Position numbers and translations under genes: made by a program
Origin: Desulfurococcales archaeon
GTDB taxonomy: Archaea > Thermoproteota > Thermoprotei_A > Sulfolobales > Desulfurococcaceae
Length of the DNA: 64,000 nucleotides
NCBI GenBank assembly: GCA_027022365.1
Contig: JALVYU010000026.1
Location: 128,001 to 192,000, forward strand
Direction of reading: 5' to 3'
Notes under the pieces: model-generated
What the model saw: the letters and a program-made list of their open reading frames with translations, nothing else
Told to the model about the DNA's origin: nothing
Database searches by the model: none
In this document: piece after piece, positions 19,667 through 30,992 of the stretch
Layout of the letters: each line of letters starts with the position of its first letter
How positions within the stretch are numbered: position 1 is the stretch's first letter

Positions 19667-20632
19667 TTGAAATGCATCGAGGTACCTAAGAAGTACGCGG
19701 AAAGAACGATAAAACTGCTTCGTGCACTGCATATTATGGATAATGAACATATTATTACTAGGAAGAATGACTATGTGTTGATTCCCGTTAAGAAGGAGCC
19801 TCCTGTGAATAGTGAGTTAAGCTCTATCCCTATGAAGTTAATAATATGTAATCCTCCTGCGAAAAAGAAGAAAGAAGTTAAGGTTCCAGCCCACGATATT
19901 GTAGGAGACATAGCAGTTGTAAGGGAGAATGTTCTCGAATACATGAGTATAGAAGAGATCGTGGAAGCACTCCGTACAACCTATCCGAGAATTAGGACGA
20001 TATATCTTAAGAAAGGAACGGAGGGCGAGTTCAGGGTTGCAGAACTTGAGCTATTATGGGGTGTCGATGATCCTTTAACTATCCATAAAGAGTATGGCTT
20101 GAGACTAAAGGTTGATCTTAAGAGAGCATATTATAATCCACGATTATCCGAAGAGCATAAAAGGATCGCTGAGAACGCTGAGGACGGGGAAACCATATTC
20201 GATCTTTTCTCCGGAATAGGAGGATTTGCAATACATATTGCTTCACTACATAAAGCCACTGTTCTGATGAATGATCTGAACCCGTACGCGGTGAGACTAG
20301 GTGTCGAGAATATACTGCTTAACAAGAGGAGGATCAGGGGGACAATAATACCTCTCCACATGGACGCTATTCTTGCTCCCAAATACTTTAGGGCTGAGAG
20401 TTTTGATAGAGTTATAGCCAATATACCGCGTTCTAGCCATTTGTTCGAGGAGATCTACTGGTATTTACTTAGGAGCAAAGGCATACTTCACCTTTACTTC
20501 CTATCCAGTATTAGCGAGCGGGACGAATTCATAAAACGATATTTCGCACGCTGGAAATTAACCGGCATTAGGAAAGTCATTGATTATGCTCCCTACGTTT
20601 TTATATGGAGAGCGGATCTCGTCAAGCCCTAG
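19667..20632 (+). CDS. trm5: Trm5/Tyw2-family tRNA methyltransferase
   Basis: DIVGDIAV, HKEYG, YYNPRLSEEH, DLFSGIGGF, DLNP motifs. Confidence 0.82.
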   Translation: MKCIEVPKKYAERTIKLLRALHIMDNEHIITRKNDYVLIPVKKEPPVNSELSSIPMKLIICNPPAKKKKEVKVPAHDIVGDIAVVRENVLEYMSIEEIVEALRTTYPRIRTIYLKKGTEGEFRVAELELLWGVDDPLTIHKEYGLRLKVDLKRAYYNPRLSEEHKRIAENAEDGETIFDLFSGIGGFAIHIASLHKATVLMNDLNPYAVRLGVENILLNKRRIRGTIIPLHMDAILAPKYFRAESFDRVIANIPRSSHLFEEIYWYLLRSKGILHLYFLSSISERDEFIKRYFARWKLTGIRKVIDYAPYVFIWRADLVKP

Positions 20633-21049
20633 GACGTATATATCCAAGACTAGCTCCTCTTCTTCTCTAAGCATATCAACGAGGACTCTATTGATATCCC
20701 TAGCAGCCTTGTTGGCTCTTATAGCTAGCGTTGCCGGCTCGACATAGGCGCTCTTCCTAACTACTATTCTGCGCTGGTCGCTTAACTGGAGCTTTGCTGA
20801 CCCCTGCGCTAAAACTATGTCTTGCACATGACCGGCCCTCAATACTATGATTATGATAGCATCATCTCTCCTTATCGCATCCTTCACTCGGGGATCCAGA
20901 TCGTCAGCGGACTTATCGGCATTCACACCTATAATACAGTCGCCTCTAGGAGTGAGATAGGGGTCCTTGGTTATCTCAAATGTCGTTCTATGCGTAGCTC
21001 TTATCATTGGATGGCCATACGCCCTAATAGTCTCATGGAGCACCAGCAC
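20558..21049 (-). CDS. DUF371 protein
   Basis: GHPxIRATHRTTFEITKD, LTPRGDCIIG, VVRKS, ANKAA. Confidence 0.88.
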   Translation of the reverse strand: MLVLHETIRAYGHPMIRATHRTTFEITKDPYLTPRGDCIIGVNADKSADDLDPRVKDAIRRDDAIIIIVLRAGHVQDIVLAQGSAKLQLSDQRRIVVRKSAYVEPATLAIRANKAARDINRVLVDMLREEEELVLDIYVLGLDEIRSPYKNVGSIINDFPNAG

Positions 21050-21099
21050 TGTTCACCCATATTAGCATTATAGAGGGCTACTATATACTATATTCATGG

Positions 21100-21777
21100 T
21101 TGAGGGTTATGAACGAAAAACGGTTTGACGAAGAAAGAAGGCGTGTAGTCAAGTACTTGGAGAGCCTGGGATATATTAAGAGCGAGAAGGTCAAAAAAGC
21201 ACTGCTCCGTGTACCTAGGGAAGAGTTTGTACCCGCGCCCTATAGAGATCTAGCCTACGTTGATCGCCCACTACCCATAGGGTACGGACAGACAATAAGC
21301 GCTATCCACATGGTCGCCATTATGACCGAGGCCCTGGATCCCCGGCCTGGAGACAAGGTGCTCGAGATAGGTACAGGGTCGGGTTATCAAGCAGCAGTAT
21401 TGGCCGAGATAGTTTGTAGAGATGGATATGGACACGTGTATTCTATCGAGAGAATACCTGAGCTCGCCGAATACGCGCGCAGGAACCTTGAGAGAACAGG
21501 GTATAGTGATTGTGTCACTGTGATAACCGGGGATGGGTCACGCGGCTATCCCGAGGAGGCGCCCTATGATAGAATAATCGTGACGGCGGCCGCACCCGAT
21601 GTACCAAAACCTCTGATTGAACAGCTAAAGGATGGTGGGCGGATGGTTATCCCTGTGGGTGATAGATGGATACAGAGACTCTACATTATTGATAAGAAGA
21701 ATGGTAAAACCGTTATCAGGCGTTCGATCGAGTGCCTCTTCGTCCCGTTGATCGGCGAGTTTGGATGGAAATACTAG
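21100..21777 (+). CDS. pcm: Protein-L-isoaspartate O-methyltransferase
   Basis: [32 protein letters not shown]. Confidence 0.95.
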   Translation: MRVMNEKRFDEERRRVVKYLESLGYIKSEKVKKALLRVPREEFVPAPYRDLAYVDRPLPIGYGQTISAIHMVAIMTEALDPRPGDKVLEIGTGSGYQAAVLAEIVCRDGYGHVYSIERIPELAEYARRNLERTGYSDCVTVITGDGSRGYPEEAPYDRIIVTAAAPDVPKPLIEQLKDGGRMVIPVGDRWIQRLYIIDKKNGKTVIRRSIECLFVPLIGEFGWKY

Positions 21778-22826
21778 CGTTTGAACCAAGCCTCGAGACC
21801 CATTTGTCTGCCCTTGATATGCTCCCTGTACGCTTTCATTAGTCTCTGGACAGCGTTCTTCACTCGCTCCGGATTAAAATCGTGCTCCTCGACGAGTATC
21901 TCGTAGATCGCCTTCTCATCGGGCTCTCTCCATTCAAGCTTATAATCCGATGTAACGGGAGGGTTTAGGAAGTACTGCTTAATCTTTTCTGGCGGTACCG
22001 GGAATTCCGCCTTGTATAGTTTTATGATCTTTTCTATTGTTCCGTAGGCTTTTATAAGTTGCAACGCTTTCTTGGGCCCTATACCCTTTATTCCATCAGG
22101 GTTATAATCTGTTCCAAGCATTATCGCGATATCTATTAGTTGTTCACGAGTTATACCAAGTGCTTCCAGTAGTTTCTTAAGCTCTATTACCTCAGGCTTT
22201 ATCTCGATGTAGACATTCTTCCTCGGAAGCTTCCTCCGACCAGTAATGGTCAGATTCCTTACAAGCCTAGGCGAACCGAACAATAAGCTATCATAGTCCT
22301 GCGATGCACTAGCCCACGCATCCCCTCTGCTCGCAATATATGCTGCCTGCGCCTCTCCTTCTGCTGGTGCTTGAACCCATGGTACACCCATTGCATCTAA
22401 GAGCTTCTTAGCATCAGCTACCATTTCATCCGTTAGTTTCGCAGCCATCATAGCGTATCGTCTGGCCGCCTCCAGGTCACCCTTTCTAATAGCCTCCTCA
22501 TACTTCTTCGTCGCATCCTCCTTGATCTTCTTTCTCCTCTCTATCTCCTTGGCCTTCATCTCAGGTGGTTTGCCATCGAAAACATATGCAGGCTTGATCC
22601 CATGCTCCATGATGTTTATCGTCCTATAGAAAAGGCCGCTGAGATGACTTGTTATTCTACCCTGACTATCCATTAGCGGCGTCCCATCGGGCTGCCTAAT
22701 CGCCGTTAGGAACTGGTAGAGAGCATTGTATCCGTCTATAACAATCACTTTACCCCGTAAAGCCCTTAAGTCCTCAATTATTATCTTAGCCTTGTCAGGG
22801 ATCAAATCCCTAAGATTAACACCCAT
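21774..22826 (-). CDS. fen: Flap endonuclease 1
   Basis: MGV start, [28 protein letters not shown]-terminal PIP box QMGLEAWF. Confidence 0.97.
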   Translation of the reverse strand: MGVNLRDLIPDKAKIIIEDLRALRGKVIVIDGYNALYQFLTAIRQPDGTPLMDSQGRITSHLSGLFYRTINIMEHGIKPAYVFDGKPPEMKAKEIERRKKIKEDATKKYEEAIRKGDLEAARRYAMMAAKLTDEMVADAKKLLDAMGVPWVQAPAEGEAQAAYIASRGDAWASASQDYDSLLFGSPRLVRNLTITGRRKLPRKNVYIEIKPEVIELKKLLEALGITREQLIDIAIMLGTDYNPDGIKGIGPKKALQLIKAYGTIEKIIKLYKAEFPVPPEKIKQYFLNPPVTSDYKLEWREPDEKAIYEILVEEHDFNPERVKNAVQRLMKAYREHIKGRQMGLEAWFKR

Positions 22827-22893
22827 AAGGGAACACCTCCCTAGCTATCATTATTTTATTTATATCTATAGCAAAATAAGCAGTGAACATAAT

Positions 22894-23151
22894 TCAAGAA
22901 AGAATCTTTATGATATTGGGTGATACTTTAATTATTAGATCCCTACCGACACGGGTGACAACAATAAATCCTCTCAGCTCGAGCTTCATTAATTCCTCGT
23001 AGAACTCTGATCTCGATACATCTACACCATGCTCTTTCTTCAGTGTTTCAAGCAGGTCTTTCTCGCTGACACCAGATGTATGGTTCAGTACTTCTTCTAG
23101 TATTAGTCTGAATAATGGCTGATTTCTCCATATCTCGGAGAACCGCGGCAT
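22894..23151 (-). CDS. Small winged-helix protein
   Basis: 85 aa, wHTH-like pattern (LMKLELRGFIVV); co-oriented between cdc48 and fen. Confidence 0.7.
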   Translation of the reverse strand: MPRFSEIWRNQPLFRLILEEVLNHTSGVSEKDLLETLKKEHGVDVSRSEFYEELMKLELRGFIVVTRVGRDLIIKVSPNIIKILS

Positions 23152-23252
23152 GACTATCTACCCTGTTCTGCATCGTTATTGTAATTGGTCATGTATGGGT
23201 TATTGTTCCGAGTTATATAAGCATTAACAAGTAGAATAACTATGAGCGGAAG

Positions 23253-25493
23253 CTAGGAATAAACAGACGGCTTGAGATACTCTCTTGGAAGCCTCTGCCT
23301 TGCTCTCGTCGCCCATTCCTCGTATATCCTTACTATCTCCGGGGTTATCGATGGCTTTACCTTCTCCATCGCCTCTAGGAAGTGCCTCATATGTATCTGT
23401 GTGATATTTATGTCTTCCTTAAGCGCTCTCATGGCTGCTTCACGAACAAGTGCCTCTAGATCAGCACCGCTATAACCTTCAGTTCTCTGTGCAAGCTCGT
23501 AGAGGTCCACGTCGGGCGCCAAAGGCATGTTACGCGTATGTATCTTTAGTATTTCGAGCCTCGAGTTGACATCGGGTGGCGGCACATAGATGAGTTTATC
23601 GAATCTCCCTGGCCTCAGTAGGGCTGGGTCTAGTATATCGGGCCTATTGGTCGCCGCTATCACTACTACGTTCTCAAGACCGGATATCCCGTCCATTTCT
23701 GTTAGTAGCTGGCTAACTATTCTCTCGGTAACTCTTGTATCGGCAGCATATCCTCTAGCTGGCGCAATTGCATCGATCTCGTCGAAGAAGATCACTACGG
23801 GCGCGTACATTCTCGCCTTACGGAATATCTCCCTAACAGCCTTCTCTGATTCTCCTACCCATTTGCTTAGGATTTCGGGCCCTCTTACTGCTATGAAGTT
23901 GGCGCCGCTCTCGGTGGCGACAGCCTTAGCCAACAAAGTCTTACCAGTACCCGGGGGGCCATAGAGTAGTATACCCTTTGGAGGCCTTATGCCGAGGCGC
24001 TTGAACACCTCGGGATATTTCATGGGCCATTCAACAGCTTGTTTTAGCTCCTGTTTAGCCTCCTCTAGGCCTCCGATATCGTTCCAGGAGACCTCAGGGA
24101 CTTCAACATAGATCTCTCTTAGGCCGCTCGGCACTATTTCTTTATATGCCGCCATGAAATCCTCCATTCTCACCTCCATTTTCTCGAGTACTTCCGGCGG
24201 TATCGTGTCGCTGTCCAGATCTATTTCGGGCAGGTATCTGCGTAGCGCGTTTAAGGCGGCCTCTCTTACGAGTGCAGCTATGTCGGCGCCAGTGTACCCA
24301 TGTGTTATCTCGGCGAGCTTCTTCAAGTCAACATTGTCTGCCAGAGGCATTCCTCTGGTATGGATCTGTAGTATTTCTAGTCTTCCCTGCTTATCTGGCA
24401 GCGGTATCTCGATTTCACGGTCGAATCTGCCCGGTCTTCTCAGCGCGGGGTCAAGAGCGTTGGGTCTGTTAGTCGCCGCTATCACTATTACGTCTCCACG
24501 GCTCTCTAGACCATCCATAAGGGCTAGTAGCTGTGCTACTACCCTCCTTTCTACTTCGCCCATTACTTCATCTCTCTTCGGCGCAATTGCATCGATCTCG
24601 TCGATGAAGATTATCGCTGGAGCGTTCTTCTTTGCTTGCTCAAATATTTCTCTTAGCCTCTGCTCTGACTCACCATAGAACTTGCTCATTATCTCTGGTC
24701 CGTTTATCGCGATGAAGTAAGCCTCTGACTCATTAGCAACTGCTTTGGCAAGCAATGTCTTGCCCGTGCCCGGCGGGCCGTATAGGAGTATGCCTTTAGG
24801 CGGATCTATTCCTAAGCGCTTGAACAGCTCCGGATGCCTCAGTGGAAGTTCAACCATTTCGCGTATCTTCCTGATGATATGCTTCATGCCTCCGATATCC
24901 TCGTAAGTTACGCGCGGCACTTTGTAGGCATCCATGGGTTTTTCTAGAAGGACGACGTTAGTTGTTCTCTTGATTATGACAGGCCCCTTCGGCTTCGTGA
25001 AGACTACTTTGAGGGGCAGGCTCTGGCCAAGTATTGGTATCATGACAATATCTTCTTCCATAACAGGCCTGTCGAGGAGCTTGTTCTTTACATAATTAGC
25101 CAGCCTATGGTCTGCCGGGGCGAAGTACTTAGCGGGAGCTAGTTTTACAACGACAGCTGGTGGCACGTTTATTTTCTCGATAACCACCTTGTCACCGATC
25201 TTAACGCCGGCGTTCTGCCGGGTTATATTGTCGAGCCTGATAATGCCTAGTCCGCGGTCCTGAGGCCTCCCCTGTATTACCCTTACAACAGTCCTCCTTT
25301 TCCCCTCGACCGCTATTATGTCGCCGTTCTCTAGCCCCAGTTTCTCCATGACCTCCGGATCTATGCGTGCAATACCCTTACCCACGTCCTTAGGCTCTGC
25401 TTCTAGAACCCTCAATGTGATCTTGTTCTTATCCTTCTTGGAAGAGGCTGATATGTTCACCGACCCCCACACCTTAAACAGTGGTAAACACAT
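23253..25493 (-). CDS. cdc48: CDC48/VAT AAA+ ATPase
   Basis: Two AAA domains (GPPGTGKT x2, DEID x2, RPGRFD x2) plus N-domain; start probably GTG ~25460. Confidence 0.97.
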   Translation of the reverse strand: MCLPLFKVWGSVNISASSKKDKNKITLRVLEAEPKDVGKGIARIDPEVMEKLGLENGDIIAVEGKRRTVVRVIQGRPQDRGLGIIRLDNITRQNAGVKIGDKVVIEKINVPPAVVVKLAPAKYFAPADHRLANYVKNKLLDRPVMEEDIVMIPILGQSLPLKVVFTKPKGPVIIKRTTNVVLLEKPMDAYKVPRVTYEDIGGMKHIIRKIREMVELPLRHPELFKRLGIDPPKGILLYGPPGTGKTLLAKAVANESEAYFIAINGPEIMSKFYGESEQRLREIFEQAKKNAPAIIFIDEIDAIAPKRDEVMGEVERRVVAQLLALMDGLESRGDVIVIAATNRPNALDPALRRPGRFDREIEIPLPDKQGRLEILQIHTRGMPLADNVDLKKLAEITHGYTGADIAALVREAALNALRRYLPEIDLDSDTIPPEVLEKMEVRMEDFMAAYKEIVPSGLREIYVEVPEVSWNDIGGLEEAKQELKQAVEWPMKYPEVFKRLGIRPPKGILLYGPPGTGKTLLAKAVATESGANFIAVRGPEILSKWVGESEKAVREIFRKARMYAPVVIFFDEIDAIAPARGYAADTRVTERIVSQLLTEMDGISGLENVVVIAATNRPDILDPALLRPGRFDKLIYVPPPDVNSRLEILKIHTRNMPLAPDVDLYELAQRTEGYSGADLEALVREAAMRALKEDINITQIHMRHFLEAMEKVKPSITPEIVRIYEEWATRARQRLPREYLKPSVYS

Positions 25494-25601
25494 ATGAATT
25501 AGTGATAGGCATCATCCTACGGTTAGAGAATCGTATAATCCCCTTAAATACTATTGTTAACAAAAGAGTTCATGCTATTGTTACAGGAGGGATAAAAACC
25601 G

Positions 25602-25877
25602 TTACTCGCTAATCCTGTGTACGGCTTCTACCTCTACCTGGCTTACCCCCTCAACACCCATGACGGCTTTCTCCAGCGGCTCTGTGCCTCCTTCAGTCTC
25701 CTCGGGCATGAATACGTATAGCCTGAGAGCTTTCAGGCCGAACGCGATGGGCTCAATATCGTATCCCTTGATCTCGTAGCCCTTCGGTAAAGCCTCAGCG
25801 ATCTTGTTCTTGAGCTCTTCTAGGTCAATATTTATATCTTCAGGTAGAACCTTTAGAAGTACGAGCACCTTAGCCAT
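25602..25877 (-). CDS. ef1b: Translation elongation factor 1-beta
   Basis: EPIAFGLKAL, EGGTE motifs, 91 aa. Confidence 0.95.
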   Translation of the reverse strand: MAKVLVLLKVLPEDINIDLEELKNKIAEALPKGYEIKGYDIEPIAFGLKALRLYVFMPEETEGGTEPLEKAVMGVEGVSQVEVEAVHRISE

Positions 25878-25896
25878 ACATGTACACCTCTCCTAG

Positions 25897-26115
25897 TTAT
25901 GGGCCCCTGAACCCGCAGTTGGGGCATACATATGGTACGGATAGCTTTCTACACTTCTTACATCTTCTTATAATTACCTGTCCACAGTTTGGGCAGATAA
26001 ACGCTGTACCGTGCTCGTGGGGCGGGATTATTCGGTGACAACTACTGCATACTGGCGGCGAAGCAGCCTCCAGCAGCGATATGTTCTCCGTCTCCAAAGT
26101 GTATTTCGCACCCAT
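25897..26115 (-). CDS. Zinc-ribbon protein (DUF1610/HVO_2753-like)
   Basis: CSSC, FxCPNCG, RCKKCR, YxCPNCGFxGP; conserved position upstream of EF-1beta. Confidence 0.9.
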   Translation of the reverse strand: MGAKYTLETENISLLEAASPPVCSSCHRIIPPHEHGTAFICPNCGQVIIRRCKKCRKLSVPYVCPNCGFRGP

Positions 26116-26232
26116 TTCCAGTCACTCCCACAATGCACTTCTACTATGCTATCCGATAATCTTTTAGGGAGACTTAAAAAAGTATTCCAAACTACTCCCG
26201 AGTAATGTATTCTGAGCATTCGGTGATTAGGG

Positions 26233-26595
26233 ATGATCGATGGTGATTATAAGCAGGTAATAGTCGTACGTACAGATATACGTATGAGTAAGGGCAAATT
26301 AGCAGTTCAAGTGGCGCATGCCTCCGTGATAGCAGCGTTCACAGCCTATAGAGAATATAGAAAATGGTTCGATAAATGGTGGTCTACTGGCCAGAAAAAA
26401 GTTGCGTTAAAAGGAGGTGATGAGAAAGAACTCTTAGCGATAGCTGACCAGGCCATACGCTCTGATCTACCAGTAGGTATAGTTAGGGATGCCGGCCTCA
26501 CAGAGCTTCCCCCCGGGACTCTCACGGCAGTCGCGATCGGGCCTGCTCCAGCGGATAAAATAGACCGTATAACGGGGAGGCTAAAACTATTATGA
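26233..26595 (+). CDS. pth2: Peptidyl-tRNA hydrolase Pth2
   Basis: KQVIVVRTD, GKLAVQVAHA, DAGLTE, TGRLKLL. Confidence 0.96.
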   Translation: MIDGDYKQVIVVRTDIRMSKGKLAVQVAHASVIAAFTAYREYRKWFDKWWSTGQKKVALKGGDEKELLAIADQAIRSDLPVGIVRDAGLTELPPGTLTAVAIGPAPADKIDRITGRLKLL

Positions 26596-27680
26596 TTAGA
26601 TCTAATAGGCTTATAGACCATATCACTGGGATCAAATACTATTTATTCAATAAGTATATTGATTATCCATTCAGACATACTGAAAAAACCTTCTACGTTG
26701 AAGAGATCGTTGACCTCAAGGGCCTAGGATTTACGGAAGAGAAAACAGACTACACGGTATTTTTGATGACTAAGAGGAATATCGAGACAATAAAAGCGAT
26801 AGAGATCATTGCACGAGTGCTCGGCATACCTTCCTCGAACATATACTATCTCGGCCTAAAGGACAAGCATGCTACATCGAAACAATATATCTTCATAAAA
26901 ACATCTATTCTAAGGAGAAAACCTCCCGAAAGCCTCCACAATGATATGATAGAGCTTCGACTCATCGGCTATGTTAGGCGCAAGCCTTCGAGAAAGTTTC
27001 TCTTAGGGAATAAATTCAAGATCGTTATTGAAAACAAAGACGTTGTTGAAGACTTGGAATCAATGATGAGAGAAATTAATTCCCGTGGTTTACCCAATTA
27101 TTATGGCTACCAGAGATTCGGTGCAAGAAGGCCAAATTCACATATTCTCGGAAAATTTCTTCTCCTTAACCTATACGATCTCTTTACAGGAGAGCTCTTG
27201 AACACTATTTACTCTTATGAGGACGACAAGGAAATAGTTGCTAGGTGTACGAAAAGGTTTTCTGGAAAACGTTTTATCTATGAGGAATTATTTTCTTCAG
27301 TGTACAAGCTTTTCAAGACGAGTACATCAAGAAAGCGTATCCTAACATTATTACTGGAAGCATATCTATCATATCTGTTTAACGCACTACTGAATAAGAT
27401 AATTGAGGAACATGGATGGAGCGCACTAAACAGAGTTTACCCGGTAGCGTCTTGTAGGGATTCCCAGAAATATTATGGTGAAATACTTGTTTCTGAGGAC
27501 ATACCATATGATCTCCTCAAGGGCATTCCATGCTGGTTTAGAACAGGGATCCTTATTCCAAAGAATGTATCAATCTATAATCTCGATGATAGGACTTTCC
27601 TCGAGTTCGAGCTAGGAGTAGGAGAGTATGCTTCAGTAGTTCTCAGAGAGATCTTTAAGAATAAATATATGTTATATTAG
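26592..27680 (+). CDS. truD: tRNA pseudouridine(13) synthase TruD
   Basis: FYVEE, GLKDKHA, GNKF, PNYYGYQRFG, GEYASVVLREI. Confidence 0.9.
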   Translation: MIRSNRLIDHITGIKYYLFNKYIDYPFRHTEKTFYVEEIVDLKGLGFTEEKTDYTVFLMTKRNIETIKAIEIIARVLGIPSSNIYYLGLKDKHATSKQYIFIKTSILRRKPPESLHNDMIELRLIGYVRRKPSRKFLLGNKFKIVIENKDVVEDLESMMREINSRGLPNYYGYQRFGARRPNSHILGKFLLLNLYDLFTGELLNTIYSYEDDKEIVARCTKRFSGKRFIYEELFSSVYKLFKTSTSRKRILTLLLEAYLSYLFNALLNKIIEEHGWSALNRVYPVASCRDSQKYYGEILVSEDIPYDLLKGIPCWFRTGILIPKNVSIYNLDDRTFLEFELGVGEYASVVLREIFKNKYMLY

Positions 27681-27688
27681 GACTCATA

Positions 27689-28189
27689 TTACTCGAACCT
27701 TATCCTTACAGGACGCCCAAGGAGCTCTGACAATATTTCCTCCAGATATTTCCTCTTGCCAGCCAAAAATCTCTGGTCTTGTCTAGAGATCCTTATGACC
27801 GTCTGCTCCGATCCATCCGGTAGCCATAGAGTGTTTATGCCTAGGAGACTTGCAGGATAGATTAACTGCTCAACAATCCTCTTCTTCTCCGGAGAATAAT
27901 TGACAACTCTGACCCTTGCTCTAAGCTTGCTTGACAACTTCTTGCTTAACCGTTCGAGTATCTCCATATTGTCTATTCCGCGTATCAGTATCACTATGAA
28001 GCTATCATACTTGTATGAGCGAACATATTCTCCTTGATCTCTTAGCTCCTTGATCTGCTCCTCGATCTCCATTAGTGATTTCATTATCGGTATTTCGTAC
28101 TCCTTAACGATCCCCGTGTCTACTTTGCGCTGGCAGCTGGGACAGAGTATACCGCTACGTACACATATTCTATCGAGCGGGTACCTCAA
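27689..28189 (-). CDS. NusA-like KH-domain transcription factor with N-terminal zinc motif
   Basis: PLDRICVRSGILCPSC N-terminus and KH-like C-terminus. Confidence 0.8.
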   Translation of the reverse strand: MRYPLDRICVRSGILCPSCQRKVDTGIVKEYEIPIMKSLMEIEEQIKELRDQGEYVRSYKYDSFIVILIRGIDNMEILERLSKKLSSKLRARVRVVNYSPEKKRIVEQLIYPASLLGINTLWLPDGSEQTVIRISRQDQRFLAGKRKYLEEILSELLGRPVRIRFE

Positions 28190-28317
28190 TGTTTCTTCCT
28201 CACCGTCCGCCCATTACTCTGTTTCATTCACAGTTAGGACTAGATAAGTCAGTAGAGTATATTAATGGTATCCCTAGGTATCCCTGCAAAGCATGCATGA
28301 AGGAAGAGGTGACATTT

Positions 28318-28367
28318 TGTCTCCTCGGTAACCGGCGCATCAATCATCCCGGCCCGGTCTCGAGGAG
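28318..28367 (-). ncRNA. H/ACA-like hairpin RNA (candidate)
   Basis: Minus strand CTCCTCG...CGAGGAG stem directly followed by ACA, internal loop, apical GATGA/TGA K-loop-like motif. Confidence 0.4.
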
Positions 28368-28527
28368 AAGGTACCTCATTGGAACATTGCACTAACAATG
28401 GATTGAAGGCCGGGAACCCCCGAGTCATCCCATGCCTGTTCGGCAGATGTCGCTCGGGGAGCGGGGGTCATTCTCCACTATTGTTCTCTTCTGATAAATA
28501 TTTTTGACCCCAGTACAAATCCTCGTT

Positions 28528-28581
28528 ATGATGAGGTGTTCCGGCGGAACTGAGCCCCGGCGATGATGTACTCTTCGCTGA
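28528..28581 (+). ncRNA. C/D-box guide sRNA (candidate)
   Basis: ATGATGA (28528), D' CTGA (28550), C' GCGATGA (28560), D CTGA (28578). Confidence 0.65.
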
Positions 28582-28588
28582 CCCGACG

Positions 28589-29143
28589 CTACTTGATCTT
28601 CAGACCGATACTGGCTAGCCTGTTCTTTATGAGTATTTGTTCTTCCCGCGGGAATAGCTTAATAGTCCTCTCAATCAGTTTTAGATCAATCTTTTTCAGC
28701 TTCTTTATATAATTGGAGAGTTTCTCTAAATCAATGCCCTGCCTGGCTTTCAGTACAAAATATTCTTCTTGCTTGATGAGCTTGACCTTGTATCCTTCAA
28801 GCTTAATACTTCTAGCAGATTCTAGTATCTCTAGAGGAATATTGAAATCCATGAAATTCTCATATATCTCAATTATGATCTCTTTATCGCCCACCGACGC
28901 TATGAACCTGGGCGTACCTATATCGGTAGTAGTATAGCCCCACCCCTCCTTCTCGGCTATTTCTCCATAGAACTCCTGCTCAATAAGGGGACTCGGCTCC
29001 AAGGCATATAAATCCACGTCTCCACGAAACGTCCGGGTTTTTAATGCCAATTGCACGACTGTATCTCCTATAATCACATAGTCTACACCGTGATCAATAA
29101 GTCTACCTAGGACAAACGCTAGTTCTTTCAAACCATAACCCAT
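28589..29143 (-). CDS. Nucleotidyltransferase-fold protein
   Basis: YVIIGD...GDVDLY nucleotidyltransferase motif. Confidence 0.75.
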   Translation of the reverse strand: MGYGLKELAFVLGRLIDHGVDYVIIGDTVVQLALKTRTFRGDVDLYALEPSPLIEQEFYGEIAEKEGWGYTTTDIGTPRFIASVGDKEIIIEIYENFMDFNIPLEILESARSIKLEGYKVKLIKQEEYFVLKARQGIDLEKLSNYIKKLKKIDLKLIERTIKLFPREEQILIKNRLASIGLKIK

Positions 29144-29258
29144 TACCCGTCACCCTCACGAGTCATGATAGTATTTCATCAATGCTAATTTAAAGTATAG
29201 GTGTCCCTTAGGGAGAAAACTATATAGAGACAACTACCTAGGAGAACAATTATTGGAT

Positions 29259-29355
29259 GGGCCCGTAGCCTAGCCAGGATAGGGCGCCGGCCTCCTAAGC
29301 ACATCTCGACTGCAGGGCCAGCCGGAGACCCGGGGTTCGAATCCCCGCGGGCCCG
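29259..29355 (+). tRNA. tRNA-Arg(CCT) with ~22-nt intron (29298-29319) at position 37/38
   Basis: GGGCCCG/CGGGCCC stem, CCGGC-CTCCTA[intron]A-GCCGG, GTTCGAATC T-loop. Confidence 0.92.
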
Positions 29356-29379
29356 CATAACTCATTCTCCTACAACAGC

Positions 29380-29739
29380 TCAGATACATTGTTCCGCCTT
29401 CAGACCAGTCACGTATGCTCCAGCTATTACTGCGATAAACCATAATTCTAGGAACAAGTAGCCAAGGTATAGTGGCCCGATACTGGTTAGTATGAGCCAT
29501 AGAACTCCTATAAAATACGCGATCAGGGTCACTACACCGTGAAAGATCCCGGCTCTCCTTATGCGTTGATCGTTACCACCTATTTTCATCCATCCAGTTG
29601 GTAGTGGCAACCAGTCGAAGAAGGCTGCTATGAGGAACAAGAATTTAATATTATAGATGACCGCTGTTATGAAGAATACACCTGCTATAGCTACGCATAG
29701 TAGTGTTTTTGACATGTTGGATATCAATATTTTCTTCAT
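29380..29739 (-). CDS. Hypothetical membrane protein
   Basis: 119-aa hydrophobic ORF with FFDWLPLPTGW. Confidence 0.6.
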   Translation of the reverse strand: MKKILISNMSKTLLCVAIAGVFFITAVIYNIKFLFLIAAFFDWLPLPTGWMKIGGNDQRIRRAGIFHGVVTLIAYFIGVLWLILTSIGPLYLGYLFLELWFIAVIAGAYVTGLKAEQCI

Positions 29740-29806
29740 CTCCCACGAAACTTTTTTGTTTAAAAATAGGAAGAGATAGCCTAAAACTTTTTAGATATAT
29801 TCATAC

Positions 29807-30985
29807 CTAGGAGAACATCGTATGTATATCGTAGTATATCTGCCACGCCTTATTCCTAATTCGATTGCTAAAGCCTATGGCTTCATAGCCTATCGGTGTC
29901 CGTTCTTGAAGCACAGTACAACTGGCATAACTAGATGTTTCTTCGCACTTTATAGTCGGTGAGAGGCCGAGAGATTCAGCTTCCTTCAAGCTCAGCCCTA
30001 CCCTGATTATATGTGCTCCACCGATATTCTCATAGATTGTTGGCACGATCCCTCTTGTCTCCTTCCTAGTCCCCGTAATGTTCCTCGCTATGATCCTAGC
30101 ATAATGGGCGGCAATAAAGCCGAGGGGCCTATACACTTCTTTCCCGGTTATCAGGTCATGGCTTAATGAACAGTCTCCAGCGGCATAGATGCCGTCAATG
30201 CTCGTCATGCCGTTTCTCCGTATCCTTATCACTCCACGCAGCATCTCAATACCTGTTCCTTTAACTAGCTCGGTGTTCGGCCTTACACCCGTGGCAAACA
30301 CAACTATGTCTACTGGCTCGATTTTCCCAGAGGCTTTTATTTCTCTAGCAGATTTATCGCCTACGATCTCCTCGACCCTTGACCTCGTACGTATCCTAAT
30401 ACCTTTGCTCATCAGGTATTTCTCCAGTTTAGTAGATAACGGGTGATCTATCACTCCCGGCAAAATATCTTCCATAAGCTCGTAGACAGTAACTCGTACG
30501 CCAAGCTTATTGAGTGCCGTTGCCGCTGAGAGACCAACTAGTCCCGCACCGATCACCGCCACTCTTGCTGTTCTAGGTATTCTAGATAATTTCTTCAAGT
30601 CCTCGAGATCATAGAATGTCATAACGTTTTTCAGCTCGGTCCCCTTTAATGGGGGTATGAACGGCTTCCCACCGGTGGCGATCACGAGGTTATCATATGT
30701 GATCTCACCGTTACGTCTTAGTACAACTGTCTTATTACCAATGTTGAGTCTCGTGGCTACATCTTGCAGGATTTTCACTCCTTTATCTAGGAGCATGTTG
30801 TATATCCCTATGTAGGCGTAATCGATCGATAATTTCTCGCCGAGGATTTCTGCAAGTCTATGTTTTGAGTAAGGCGGCCACTCCGCGGCAACCAGTACTA
30901 TATTGCTTGGCTTATAACCATATTTTACTAGATAATATGCAGTATATAATCCCCCTATTCCTCCCCCTATAATAACTGTCTTCAC
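29807..30985 (-). CDS. FAD/NAD(P)-dependent oxidoreductase
   Basis: GGGIGG, ATGG, GAGLVG and IYAAGD motifs. Confidence 0.9.
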   Translation of the reverse strand: MKTVIIGGGIGGLYTAYYLVKYGYKPSNIVLVAAEWPPYSKHRLAEILGEKLSIDYAYIGIYNMLLDKGVKILQDVATRLNIGNKTVVLRRNGEITYDNLVIATGGKPFIPPLKGTELKNVMTFYDLEDLKKLSRIPRTARVAVIGAGLVGLSAATALNKLGVRVTVYELMEDILPGVIDHPLSTKLEKYLMSKGIRIRTRSRVEEIVGDKSAREIKASGKIEPVDIVVFATGVRPNTELVKGTGIEMLRGVIRIRRNGMTSIDGIYAAGDCSLSHDLITGKEVYRPLGFIAAHYARIIARNITGTRKETRGIVPTIYENIGGAHIIRVGLSLKEAESLGLSPTIKCEETSSYASCTVLQERTPIGYEAIGFSNRIRNKAWQIYYDIHTMFS

Positions 30986-30992
30986 GGCCCGC

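Noticed and set aside
23272-24678. Plus-strand ORFs and internal repeats within cdc48
   Set aside because: Antisense shadows; the repeats reflect the duplicated AAA domains
29270-29500. 76-aa minus-strand ORF
   Set aside because: Antisense to tRNA-Arg and overlapping a better ORF
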